Assembly (NCBI GenBank): GCA_964016885.1
Contig: OZ024742.1
Coordinates: 252,340,001 to 252,404,000 of the forward strand
Source of the DNA: Eledone cirrhosa
Lineage: Eukaryota
Direction: 5' to 3'
DNA length: 64,000 nucleotides
Shown: in pieces, positions 39,893-51,360 of the stretch
Numbering within the stretch: the stretch's first letter is position 1
How the letters are laid out: each line of letters opens with the position of its first letter
The notes under the pieces: model-generated
The model's input: the letters and a program-made list of their open reading frames with translations, nothing else
Told to the model about the DNA's origin: nothing
Databases searched by the model: none
Program-made: the position numbers and the translations under genes

Positions 39893-41205
39893 GCTCAAGT
39901 ATTAATGTAAGGGAGATATATAGAGAGATATAGAGAGATATAGAGAGAGAAAAAATTTAAAAATAGCCAGACATATTCGAGGCGTAGAGAACCCTATGTT
40001 TTAATGTATTAGTATTTATAAAACTTACACTATATTGTAAATATCAGTATTCCTGAATGAAACAAGTATTCACAATGCGTGAAAATTCATTATCTTATGT
40101 TTAGTTTTTTAAAAAATTCATATGTCTATGTGAATCCAACTGATTCACTCCGCAAATTCAAAGTTACCGGAAAACATTCTCAATGTGGTATAAAAATTTG
40201 AGCGTATTATTATTCTTGCGATTACTCTACAAGATTATCTATCAAGCAGAAATAGAGAGCAGATTTCAATATACTAATCGAAAATATATATTATATTATA
40301 AGCAGAGATAACAATAATAATGATAATAAGTAAAAATATATAAAAATATAAAAATATAGAATAGAAAACTAAAAGAGAATATTACGAAAGAATATTACAT
40401 AATAAAAATATTGCATATTAAAATACTACGTATTAAAAATTAAAACTTTACATATAAAAATATTAAAAATAAAAATTTACATATAAAAATATTAAAAAAT
40501 ATTAAAAATAAAATAAAATAAAAAATAAAAATATTATAGAATACTACAATACTAAAAGAATAAAAATAAAAAATAAAAAATAAAAATAAAAATAAAAATA
40601 AAAATAAAAATAAAAATAAAAATAAAAATGAAAATAAAAATAAACCACAAAGAACAACCCTTCAAAGTTAATTGACAATATATTGCCAAGTTCACTACAA
40701 GACAAAGCCAAAAAATTATCTATCAAATCACATCTAGCAAGGAATATCGCAAAAAAAAAAAAAAAAAAAAAAGATTATGATGTCCAATAATGTCTACATA
40801 TGCTCCTATATTTAATATATAAGTTTATCAAGTGTAAGGTTAATTCAAAAAATTTGGAGCATCGGCTTTTAGGGTAGCTTAATTTTTCATGAGGAATGTT
40901 TAGATAAAAATAAAAATAAAAATAAAAATAAATAAAATAAAATAAACAATAAAAAGAGTAAAAAGAGGGAATCAAAGATTTAGGAATCAAAAGATTTATC
41001 GGCTAGTTCTCATATAAATATAAATCAAACTAAATATACTACATTTTAAATTTAAATTTATATTTAAACGTTGAGTTTAATCTATGTTTGCAACAACTGA
41101 ATAAATTTGTCCGTAGGTTAAGGGAATTTTTAGATTTTAGTATAAAGAATATCTCCTCTGCGCAGAGGTCACATGTCTCAGAGGATGAATTAAAAGGAAT
41201 CCCTT

Positions 41206-42369
41206 TTATATAGGGATGACATGCTTTTACTTATTAATAATAATAACCCTGAACTAAATAGAAAATGTAAACAAATTACAAAATTTTTTAATTACTTTAA
41301 CCTTAAAATAGAAATTGAGAACAACCATAGAATAGTCAATTTCCTAGATATAACATTAAATCTCAACACATGTCTCCACTATCCTTTTCACAAGTTGAAT
41401 GAAAACTTAAACTATGTCAACTTTAACTCTAACCACCCCAGATCTGTCAAAAACACTATAGTAAACTCAGTCCAAAAACGTATCTCTAGGATCTCGTCGA
41501 ATAGAAAGATTTTTGACGAAAAGGCCCAATACTATAATGATGCACTAACTAGGGCAGGGTATGCTGATAAGATTGTGTACATAGATAATGATAAACAAAC
41601 TAAACAAAGTAACAACTTTTTTAATGACGGCAACAACATTAACAACTATAATAGAAAGCATTACAATAATTCCAAAGGACAAAAAAGAAATAGAACTAGG
41701 AACATAATTTGGTTTGCCCCCCCTTTCTCACTAAACATTAAAACCCACATCGCTAAATTATTTTTCAAAGCTCTTGATAATCGCTTCCCTAGAACACATA
41801 GGTACCACTCAATCTTCAATAGGCATACAATTAAATTAACCTACTCATCCACCAAAAATTTAGCACAAAATATTAATAGAATAAATAATAGGAACTTAAA
41901 ACCTACGGATAATAGCATAAATAATATACAAGTTAACAAATGTAACTGTAGAGATAGATCTAAATGTCCGTTAAATAACAACTGCTTAGTTAAAAATATA
42001 GTATACAATTGTAATGTTAATACTGACTCTAATTCTTTTAACTACGTCGGTTCCACATCGACGGAATTTAAACTTCGCTATAATAACCACAAGAATTCTT
42101 TCACAGATCCAAATAAAAAATCTTCAACGGCACTATCAGGTGTACTCTGGCAACTTAAGCTAGATAACGTTAGATATTCGACGGCTTGGAATATAGTCTC
42201 AAGAGGGATTCCTTTTAATTCATCCTCTGAGACATGTGACCTCTGCGCAGAGGAGATATTCTTTATACTAAAATCTAAAAATTCCCTTAACCTACGGACA
42301 AATTTATTCAGTTGTTGCAAACATAGATTAAACTCAACGTTTAAATATAAATTTAAATTTAAAATGTAG
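41206..42369 (+). CDS. PLE polyprotein C-terminal part: RT motif LYRDD, thumb, GIY-YIG endonuclease (5'-truncated, frame intact)
   Basis: LYRDD at 41206-41220, VNFLDITL, SNHP, IIWFAPPFS, CNC..CPL..C, IVY..YVGST..FKLRYNNH, CDLCAEE, LN.R..CKH. Confidence 0.9.
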   Translation, partial: LYRDDMLLLINNNNPELNRKCKQITKFFNYFNLKIEIENNHRIVNFLDITLNLNTCLHYPFHKLNENLNYVNFNSNHPRSVKNTIVNSVQKRISRISSNRKIFDEKAQYYNDALTRAGYADKIVYIDNDKQTKQSNNFFNDGNNINNYNRKHYNNSKGQKRNRTRNIIWFAPPFSLNIKTHIAKLFFKALDNRFPRTHRYHSIFNRHTIKLTYSSTKNLAQNINRINNRNLKPTDNSINNIQVNKCNCRDRSKCPLNNNCLVKNIVYNCNVNTDSNSFNYVGSTSTEFKLRYNNHKNSFTDPNKKSSTALSGVLWQLKLDNVRYSTAWNIVSRGIPFNSSSETCDLCAEEIFFILKSKNSLNLRTNLFSCCKHRLNSTFKYKFKFKM

Positions 42370-43478
42370 TATATTTAGTTTGATTTATATTTATATGAGA
42401 ACTAGCCGATAAATCTTTTGATTCCTAAATCTTTGATTCCCTCTTTTTACTCTTTTTATTGTTTATTTTATTTTATTTATTTTTATTTTTATTTTTATTT
42501 TTATCTAAACATTCCTCATGAAAAATTAAGCTACCCTAAAAGCCGATGCTCCAAATTTTTTGAATTAACCTTACACTTGATAAACTTATATATTAAATAT
42601 AGGAGCATATGTAGACATTATTGGACATCATAATCTTTTTTTTTTTTTTTTTTTTTTTTTTTGCGATATTCCTTGCTAGATGTGATTTGATAGATAATTT
42701 TTTGGCTTTGTCTTGTAGTGAACTTGGCAATATATTGTCAATTAACTTTGAAGGGTTGTTCTTTGTGGTTTATTTTTATTTTCATTTTTATTTTTATTTT
42801 TATTTTTATTTTTATTTTTATTTTTATTTTTATTTTTTATTTTTTATTTTTATTTTATTTTATTTTTAATATTTTTTAATATTTTTATATGTAAATTTTT
42901 ATTTTTAATATTTTTATATGTAAAGTTTTAATTTTTAATACGTAGTATTTTAATATGCAATATTTTTATTATGTAATATTCTTTCGTAATATTCTCTTTT
43001 AGTTTTCTATTCTATATTTTTATATTTTTATATATTTTTACTTATTATCATTATTATTGTTATCTCTGCTTATAATATAATATATATTTTCGATTAGTAT
43101 ATTGAAATCTGCTCTCTATTTCTGCTTGATAGATAATCTTGTAGAGTAATCGCAAGAATAATAATACGCTCAAATTTTTATACCACATTGAGAATGTTTT
43201 CCGGTAACTTTGAATTTGCGGAGTGAATCAGTTGGATTCACATAGACATATGAATTTTTTAAAAAACTAAACATAAGATAATGAATTTTCACGCATTGTG
43301 AATACTTGTTTCATTCAGGAATACTGATATTTACAATATAGTGTAAGTTTTATAAATACTAATACATTAAAACATAGGGTTCTCTACGCCTCGAATATGT
43401 CTGGCTATTTTAAAATTTTTTCTCTCTCTATATCTCTCTATATCTCTCTATATATCTCCCTTACATTAATACTTGAGC

Positions 43479-43517
<39 letters not shown>

Positions 43518-43888
43518 ATGCATTATTGATACACTTACTCAAAATGACCTCCCACTACCTAATTTTTCTATATCTATATTTATATATGTATCTATCTCTA
43601 CTTCCTCTCTCTCTCTCTATATATATATATCTCTTTCTGTCTCTTTACATGAAGCTCTTCGCTTTATCTATTTTTCCATCTCTCTATTTTGTCCCATGCA
43701 TTTCTTCTTTTTCTTTTTCTTCTTTTTCTTCCTTTTCTTCGTTTTGTCTTTCTTTCTTTCCTATTTCCCTCTTTTCTCTCTCTCTTTCTTTCTCTCTGTA
43801 TTTTCACTGCTAGAGTGAACCTCTTCAAATGATGTTGATGTTTATTACGGTATGTCGAATATATTTATCTATAAAACTGTTTATATTG

Positions 43889-43954
43889 TATTTTGTCTGA
43901 TGAAGGCATAGCATATTGTTAATATGATATCCCCGAAATATATATAATGAAATA
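43889..43954 (+). ncRNA. Type I hammerhead (P1) with palindromic stem III
   Basis: TATTTTGT CTGATGA AGGCATAGCATATT-GTT-AATATGATATCCCC GAAA TATATA TA ATGAAATA; 8-bp stem I with two G-U pairs. Confidence 0.7.
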
Positions 43955-44089
43955 AATATGGTTTTATAAATATAGTTTTCCATTTATTTAATATTTAATA
44001 TTGTAAATATACTCCAAGTATTTGTCGAGTGCTTTTATATCAGTTATAAATATTTACTAGTTGTAACCCAACAATTTTAAATATAACTT

Positions 44090-44131
<42 letters not shown>

Positions 44132-44160
44132 TATATATATATACATATATACACACATAT

Positions 44161-44219
<59 letters not shown>

Positions 44220-44220
<1 letters not shown>

Positions 44221-47200
44221 TGTTAAATCGCTTGTTAAACATTCATAACCTTCCAGCTAGCTACCCCACACCCCTCCCACCCGCCCCACACACCACCATT
44301 CTTAATACGTGGACCAATCATAAGCCAGAGCCCCCCCCCCACATCACCATTATTATTATAAGCCAGAGCCCCCCCCCCCCCCCCCCCCCCCCACGCATCA
44401 CCATTATTATTATTATTACGCGGACCAATCATAAGCCAGAGGCCTATACTATCGCTTGCCCGGTTGCCTTCGATATATGATGGATGGATGGATGGATGGA
44501 CGGACTGCGGAATCCTGGAGAGTGGAAGGGAGAGAAAAATCTGGACGCTCAGAGCGAAAATGCCAAAGTTAAAGTCAAATTCACCTCGTGGACGAGAATG
44601 CGAGCACTCCTCTTTGTTTCGTCCGCGGATGGCTAACATAACCCTATCTCCCCCCGCCCCCCACCACCCCCACCCTCCAAACGCAACCCAAAACTTCAGA
44701 GTTGGTACCATAAATGTAGGCACCCTAAAGGGTCGCGCTAACGAGGTTGTAGAAATGCTTGAACGTAAGGAGGTCGATGTTTGTTGTATTCAAGAGACCA
44801 GGTGGAGGGGTCGGTCTGCTAGATTCATTGAGGGTAAAAAACGATGTTATAAGCTTTTCTGGGTGGGAAACGACGATGGGCTGGGTGGAGTAGGAATCAT
44901 GGTAGCAGAAAAGTGGGCAGATAAGATAATAGACGTAAATAGAGTGAACGACAGAATAATTAAAATACGACTTGTCCTCAATAGAACTACGGTGACAGTA
45001 ATATCTGCGTACGCACCCCAATCCGGACTGCCCGGCACTATAAAAGACAGATTCTATGAGACACTGTTGCTAACTACCTCCCAAATATCTGACAGTGACT
45101 ATATAATTATTGCAGGCGACCTAAATGGTCACGTTGGACAACATTGTGACGGCTACGACGAAATCCATGGAGGCTATGGGTTTGGTACTAGAAATGGGGA
45201 AGGCTCCAGAATCCTGGAATTCTGTGATGCAAATAACCTAACTATCTGTAACACTAACTTCAAAAAACGTGACAATCACCTGATCACCTATAGATCCGGG
45301 GAACACACAAGCCAGGTAGATTATATCCTTACCAGAAGACGTGACAGAGTGTCTGTTGTAAACACTAAATCCCTCCCCCATGAAGAATGCACCTCCCAAC
45401 ATAGACTGATAATTAGCGACCTCATAGTCAGGACGAGACGTACTCGACAGCAGAAGAGGACTATCCTCAGGAGGAAAATATGGAAACTAAAGGACCCCAC
45501 AGCCAGAAATAAATTTCAAAGCATATTACTTGATGCTTTCGACAGTAAGGAAGAGCATCTAGAATCGGACAATATAGAGGGACAGTGGGAATTTCTGAAA
45601 GCAAACCTGCTGTTGGCGACAGACGAAGTCTGTGGCTGGAGCAGGCCTGTAGGCAGGAGGAGAGTAACATGGTGGTGGAACAGTAGGGTGGAGGGGTCAA
45701 TTAAGGCCAAAAAGAAGGCTTGGAAAGTATGGCGGGATGGGGGAAGTAGAGTAGACTATCAAGTGGCCAGGAGGGAAGCTAGGAGAGAAGTGTACTTAGC
45801 AAGAAGGGAAGCTGAGGAAAGAAAGTTCAAGCATGTTCTACAACGCGATGACCAAAAACGTGAGGTGTTCAGGATTGCTAGGCAATGCGTCAAGGAAAAC
45901 CGTGATATTGTCGGGGAGAAGTGTGTACTTAACGATGATGGCATACTTGCCATCACCGACACTGATAAGAAGGTAGCTTGGAAGTGTCACTATGAAAGGC
46001 TACTAAATGAGGAGAATAAATGGGAGAAAGACAGTCTCCCCCATATCGACCCAATAGAGGGACCAGCAGTGTTAGTCGAGGGGAGTATAAGAAGTAAGGC
46101 AATCAAGGATATGAAGACGGGTAAGGCGGCTGGGCCTTCGGAAATAGTTGCTGAGATGCTGAAGGCATCTGGCACGGTGGGACACACCATGGTCACCCGC
46201 ATAGTTAACCAAGTCGTACAGAATGGGGTTGTTCCGAAGGACTGGCATAGCAGCATCATCGTTAAAGGTAAAGGAGACGCCCTAGATAGGAGTAACTATA
46301 GAGGCATTAAATTAATCGACCAGGTCATGAAGGTCACAGAAAAAGTAATAGCGCAACTAATCAGAGAGAGAATTGACCTAGATGAAATGCAGTTCGGGTT
46401 TGTGTCAGGCAAAAGCACCACAGACGCTCTTTTCATAGTACGACAACTACAGGAGAAGTACCTAGCTAAAGGTAAACCCCTCTACTTAGCTTTTGTCGAC
46501 CTGGAGAAAGCCTTCGACAGAGTCCCCCGCTCCATTATCTGGTGGGCTCTTAGAAAACTAGGCGTTGACGAATGGCTTGTGAGGGCTATACAAGCCATGT
46601 ATAAAGAAACAGTCAGCAAGGTTAGAATTAACAACGAATATAGTGAAGAGTTTAGCGTAAAAGTTGGCGTCCATCAGGGCTCTGTTCTCAGCCCCCTACT
46701 ATTTATTATTGCCCTTCAGGCCATAACAGAGGAGTTCAAGACAGGCTGCCCATGGGAACTCCTATACGCAGACGACCTGACACTCATAGCGGAATCAATG
46801 GCCGAGCTAGAGAAGAAATTCCAAACATGGAAGCACGGCCTAGAGTCAAAAGGACTTAAAATTAACCTGGCTAAGACCAAAGTTCTAGTTTGTAGGAAAG
46901 AAAACAAGGCGGTGGTCCCTTCTGGGAAATGGTCGTGCTCGGTGTGTAGGAAAGGCGTAGGTAGAAACTCCATTTTATGTCCTAAATGCAAAGTATGGGT
47001 GCATAAAAGATGTAGTGGGATCACAGGTAAGCTAACTAAGAACATAGATTTTACATGTGGCCGGTGTTCTGGTGCAATAAGTAGCAGCAAGTGCCCACAA
47101 AATACTAGCTCTTTCAATTGCGCAGAGGGTTCTATAGAAATAGTGGACAGCTTCCGTTACCTGGGCGATAAAATCAGCAGTGGGGGAGGGTGCTCTGAAA

Positions 47201-48082
47201 GTACTGTAGCTAGAGTCAGAACTGGTTGGAAAAAGTTCAGAGAGCTTATACCACTATTAGCTGCTAAAGGGTTCTCCCTAAAAATGAAAGGCAGGTTGTA
47301 CGATGCCTGCATACGAACAGCAATGTTGCATGGTAGTGAGACCTGGGCATTGTGTGCAGAGGATATACGCAGACTAGAGAGGAACGAAGCTTGCATGCTC
47401 CGCTGGATGTGTAACAGTAATATACGTGAACGGCAAAGCATAAACGAACTAAGGAAAAAATTAGAGATAAGAGGGATCAGATGTTGTTTACTCGAGAGAA
47501 GGCTGCGTTGGTATGGACACGTGATGCGCATGAAAGTCGATAGCTGTATAACAAAGTGCAGGGCAATAAAGATAGACGGTAGCCACGGAATAGGCAGACC
47601 TAGAAAAACCTGGGATGAGCTGATAAACTCCGACCTCACACACTTACACCTCTCCAAGACAATGTCACTGGACCGAGACCTTTGGCGGTACTCAGTAACA
47701 GAGAAGACCTGCCTTGCCAGTAGGCATCTCTAACAAAATACACCCCGTCCCGCCACCACCCCCACCCCATCCACACCACCCCGTTCTATGTAAAGTTATG
47801 TTGGTGCCGCGCCATCCAGGCCGAAACAAATGAGATCGTGTAGGTGTCACGACAAAAAAACACACAGTCCACGCTGTAATGTGGCCGTGTAGGCAACACG
47901 GTAAAAACCTCCCAGACCCACACTGTAAATGTGGTTGGTGTTAGGAAGGGCATCCAACTGTAGAAAACCTGCCAGACAGTCCTATGCGAGCAAGACAATC
48001 ACTCTTGCCTCAAGTGGGACTACCCCCGTCCAAACCCATGCAAGCGTGGAACACGGACGTTAAACGTTGATGATGATGATGA

Positions 48083-48086
<4 letters not shown>
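44220..48086 (+). mobile_element. Apparently full-length RTE-clade LINE (family B)
   Basis: 5' region with tandem CCAATCATAAGCCAGAG repeats, single long ORF, 3' UTR and (GAT)n tail; embedded in microsatellites so TSD not resolvable. Confidence 0.93.
44560..47733 (+). CDS. RTE ORF: APE endonuclease, reverse transcriptase, PHD-type zinc finger
   Basis: GTINVGTL, CIQETRW, AYAPQ, GDLNGHVG, QVDYIL, SQHR; NYRGIKL, FVDLEKAFDRV, GVHQGSVLSP, LYADD; C4HC3 finger; start placed at the first in-frame ATG (uncertain). Confidence 0.93.
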   Translation: MPKLKSNSPRGRECEHSSLFRPRMANITLSPPAPHHPHPPNATQNFRVGTINVGTLKGRANEVVEMLERKEVDVCCIQETRWRGRSARFIEGKKRCYKLFWVGNDDGLGGVGIMVAEKWADKIIDVNRVNDRIIKIRLVLNRTTVTVISAYAPQSGLPGTIKDRFYETLLLTTSQISDSDYIIIAGDLNGHVGQHCDGYDEIHGGYGFGTRNGEGSRILEFCDANNLTICNTNFKKRDNHLITYRSGEHTSQVDYILTRRRDRVSVVNTKSLPHEECTSQHRLIISDLIVRTRRTRQQKRTILRRKIWKLKDPTARNKFQSILLDAFDSKEEHLESDNIEGQWEFLKANLLLATDEVCGWSRPVGRRRVTWWWNSRVEGSIKAKKKAWKVWRDGGSRVDYQVARREARREVYLARREAEERKFKHVLQRDDQKREVFRIARQCVKENRDIVGEKCVLNDDGILAITDTDKKVAWKCHYERLLNEENKWEKDSLPHIDPIEGPAVLVEGSIRSKAIKDMKTGKAAGPSEIVAEMLKASGTVGHTMVTRIVNQVVQNGVVPKDWHSSIIVKGKGDALDRSNYRGIKLIDQVMKVTEKVIAQLIRERIDLDEMQFGFVSGKSTTDALFIVRQLQEKYLAKGKPLYLAFVDLEKAFDRVPRSIIWWALRKLGVDEWLVRAIQAMYKETVSKVRINNEYSEEFSVKVGVHQGSVLSPLLFIIALQAITEEFKTGCPWELLYADDLTLIAESMAELEKKFQTWKHGLESKGLKINLAKTKVLVCRKENKAVVPSGKWSCSVCRKGVGRNSILCPKCKVWVHKRCSGITGKLTKNIDFTCGRCSGAISSSKCPQNTSSFNCAEGSIEIVDSFRYLGDKISSGGGCSESTVARVRTGWKKFRELIPLLAAKGFSLKMKGRLYDACIRTAMLHGSETWALCAEDIRRLERNEACMLRWMCNSNIRERQSINELRKKLEIRGIRCCLLERRLRWYGHVMRMKVDSCITKCRAIKIDGSHGIGRPRKTWDELINSDLTHLHLSKTMSLDRDLWRYSVTEKTCLASRHL

Positions 48087-48164
<78 letters not shown>

Positions 48165-48165
<1 letters not shown>

Positions 48166-48882
48166 GTTCAAGTGTCACCAATCTTAAAGAGAGAGATGGA
48201 GATAGGAGAGGAGAGGTTGGTGAATTAGTTAGAAGCCGAAGCGTAAAGGCATGTGCTCAATGTGCAATATGCAGTGGAAGGCAGCTAGGTGGCTGGGTTC
48301 ATAGAGGTTCATGCACAGAGCTGGAAATATTCATTAGTTAAGAAAAACAAGACCACAAATTTCACAAGTAAGACATTATTAAAAGATTGTAAACATATTT
48401 TAGTTTGATGTAAGGAATGTAGAGAAAAATAATAATAATAATATTAATAATAATAATTGTTTCTACTTTTGGCACAAGGCCAGCAAATTCCCCAGTACAT
48501 TACTGGTACTTTATTTTATCAACCCCGTAAGGATGAAAGGCAAAGTTAACCTCGGCGAGATTTGAATTCAGATCGTAAAGAGACGTAACTATGCTGGAAA
48601 GCATGTCCGACATTCTACCGATACTGCCAATCCACCATTAATAATAATAATTGTTTCTACTTTTGGCACAAGGCCAGCAATTACCAGTGCATTACTGGTA
48701 CTTTATTTTATCGACCCCGTAAGGATGAAAGGCAAAGTTAACCTCGGCGGGATAATAATGTCCGTTTACAATTGTTTCGCTACACCATATAATATTTCTG
48801 GATCAAATGATTATAGATCATTATTAATCTGGTTCAGTTGAAAATAATTAACATAGGTAAAAATAGAGCAGCTCATCGGAAC
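48165..48882 (-). mobile_element. P3 pLTR copy A containing two S1 SINEs (48452-48637, 48648-48752)
   Basis: Direct repeat of 54608-55054 and inverted repeat of 57545-58140; hammerhead variant at 48764-48882. Confidence 0.8.
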
Positions 48883-48900
48883 ATATGTATATATATATAC

Positions 48901-48974
<74 letters not shown>

Positions 48975-48979
<5 letters not shown>

Positions 48980-49399
48980 GGAGGTGAGTTTTATTGTAGT
49001 ACAATAAAGCAATGCAGATATCGGATAAGAAGCACTCTACAGTTTGTAGGACTGGAGTATACATAATATATAAGATCAAAAGATGGTTAAAGGAGTTCCA
49101 TGTATTTTATTATGCGCATTTCAAAAACAAACATCATCATGCAATAATATTTGTGTTTTCATCAGATAAAACAGGAGGACATGATATGAAGGCTAAAAAA
49201 CACTTGTGGATAGTGCAGTTTTAAATCAACATATGTTGATTTAAAACTGCACTATCCACAAGTGTTTTTTAGCCTTCATATCATGTCCTCCTGTTTTATC
49301 TGATGAAAACACAAATATTATTGCATGATGATGTTTGTTTTTGAAATGCGCATAATAAAATACATGGAACTCCTTTAACCATCTTTTGATCTTATATAT

Positions 49400-49402
<3 letters not shown>
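48975..49402. mobile_element. P2 pLTR terminal copy folded back into a 340-bp perfect palindrome (49063-49402)
   Basis: Symmetric about CATATG (49230-49235); hammerheads at 49103-49173 (-) and 49292-49362 (+). Confidence 0.85.
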
Positions 49403-49441
<39 letters not shown>

Positions 49442-49442
49442 C

Positions 49443-49506
<64 letters not shown>

Positions 49507-49542
49507 CATACATATACATATATATATATACATACATATACA

Positions 49543-49598
<56 letters not shown>

Positions 49599-49741
49599 CA
49601 CATATATATATATACATATATATATAGATATATATACATATATATAGATATATAGATATATATATATACATATATACATATATATATACATGTATATACA
49701 TATATATTATACATACATGTATATATATATACATATATATT

Positions 49742-49788
<47 letters not shown>

Positions 49789-49817
49789 TACACACATATA
49801 CATACATACGCATACAT

Positions 49818-49860
<43 letters not shown>

Positions 49861-49976
49861 CATACACACATATATATATATATATATATATGTACATATA
49901 CATATATATATATACACACACATATATCCACGGTATGTTGTGGGGTCCACATACACACACAGAGACATACATGTAT

Positions 49977-50055
<79 letters not shown>

Positions 50056-50192
50056 CAAATACATACATATACATACATATATATATATATATACACCTAT
50101 ATATACATATATATATATATACATAAATATACACTTACATATACATATATACATATATACATATATATATATATATACATCTATATACACAC

Positions 50193-50235
<43 letters not shown>
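49400..50235. repeat. Complex (TA/CA)n tract, inverted counterpart of 53440-54165
   Basis: Marker CCACGGTATGTTGTGGGGTCCAC mirrors GTGGACCCCACAACAAACCGTGG at about 54092. Confidence 0.75.
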
Positions 50236-50240
<5 letters not shown>

Positions 50241-50425
50241 GCAGATAGGTAAGAGGTACTTACATAACCATAGTGGCGTGTTTCAGGTTGGGGAGAGGTA
50301 GGGGTGGGGTGGGAAGGAGATAGAGGGGCTACTTTGTCGGCTGGCGTTTTAAAAAAAAGGGGGAAGGCGTTTTTAGCCATCGGGCATTAACACTGGCTTA
50401 AGGTATTTGAAAGCTGCAAAGTTTT

Positions 50426-50485
<60 letters not shown>

Positions 50486-50513
50486 ATCAAAAGATGGTTA
50501 AACGAGTTCCATG

Positions 50514-50584
50514 TATTTTATTATGCGCATTTCAAAAACAAATATCATCATGCAATAACATTTGCGTTTTCGTCAGATAAAATA
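50514..50584 (-). ncRNA. Type I hammerhead (P2), inverted arm
   Basis: Reverse complement of 53241-53311. Confidence 0.8.
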
Positions 50585-51360
50585 GGGAGACATGATATGA
50601 AGGTTAAAACACACTTGTGAATAGTGCAGTTTTAAATCAACATATGAAAAGTAGTTTTAGATTGATGTGTGATATTTGGAAAAAAAAATGTGAGGGGGGG
50701 GGTGGAAAGGATGAAAAAGAGGAGGAGATGAGAGTAAAAAGTGGAGGGGGAGGAGTATAATGAGGAAGAATGAAATAGAAGGAGAGATGCGTGATAGAGA
50801 GAGAGAGAGATAGCTTTTATAACTGAGAAAATATATATTGTTTTACATAGAGAGGTTGAAAAACCGTTGGAAGATAGTATATAAATTAAAAGAATTTTAA
50901 AATTAACGAAGAGAAAAATAATGTTAAGTTAAGGTTTGTATATTGAAGGGTTTAATAATATGTGCGATGAAAAGAAATTGTTAATATGTATTAAGAATAA
51001 TATTTAAGGGTTTAATAATATGTGCGATGAAAAGAAATTGTTAATGTGTATTAAGAATAATATTTAAGGGTTTAATAATATGTGCGATGTATTATTAAAA
51101 AAAATATATAAAAAAATATAGCAATAGTAATGTAAGTAAGGATATATTGTGAAAGAAGTAGAAGATTGGATGAATAAGTTAGATGAGCATGAAAGGGAGA
51201 AAAAATAATGAATTGAGGATGAATAATTTAACGTCAAAAAAATGTTTATGTTTACGAAGGATTTTTTCAAGGTGATATAAAGTAAGAATATATTGTGCTG
51301 TGTAATAATTGTTTCTACATTAGGCACAATGATAATTGAGAAGTAACTAGGAATGATCAT

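Larger units (their letters stand above)
39375..44095 (+). mobile_element. Penelope-like element P1, 5'-truncated with 1.8-kb inverted 3' duplication
   Basis: 39375-41204 is the near-identical reverse complement of 42204-43995; 3' extension to 44095; (TA)n on both sides. Confidence 0.92.

Noticed and set aside
39558-43813. Identical ORF pairs on opposite strands (39558-39845/43526-43813; 40775-40990/42418-42633)
   Set aside because: Low-complexity UTR duplicated by the P1 inverted repeat, not genes
44464-44559. TTG start giving a 1089-aa protein
   Set aside because: Non-ATG start running through a (GGAT)n tract; more likely 5' UTR
45467-47657. Antisense ORFs over RTE and PLE coding regions
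   Set aside because: Shadow frames of the sense ORFs with no recognisable domains
50335-50390. Degenerate hammerhead on the minus strand (CCGATGGCT..AGCCGACA)
   Set aside because: Both conserved core segments deviate
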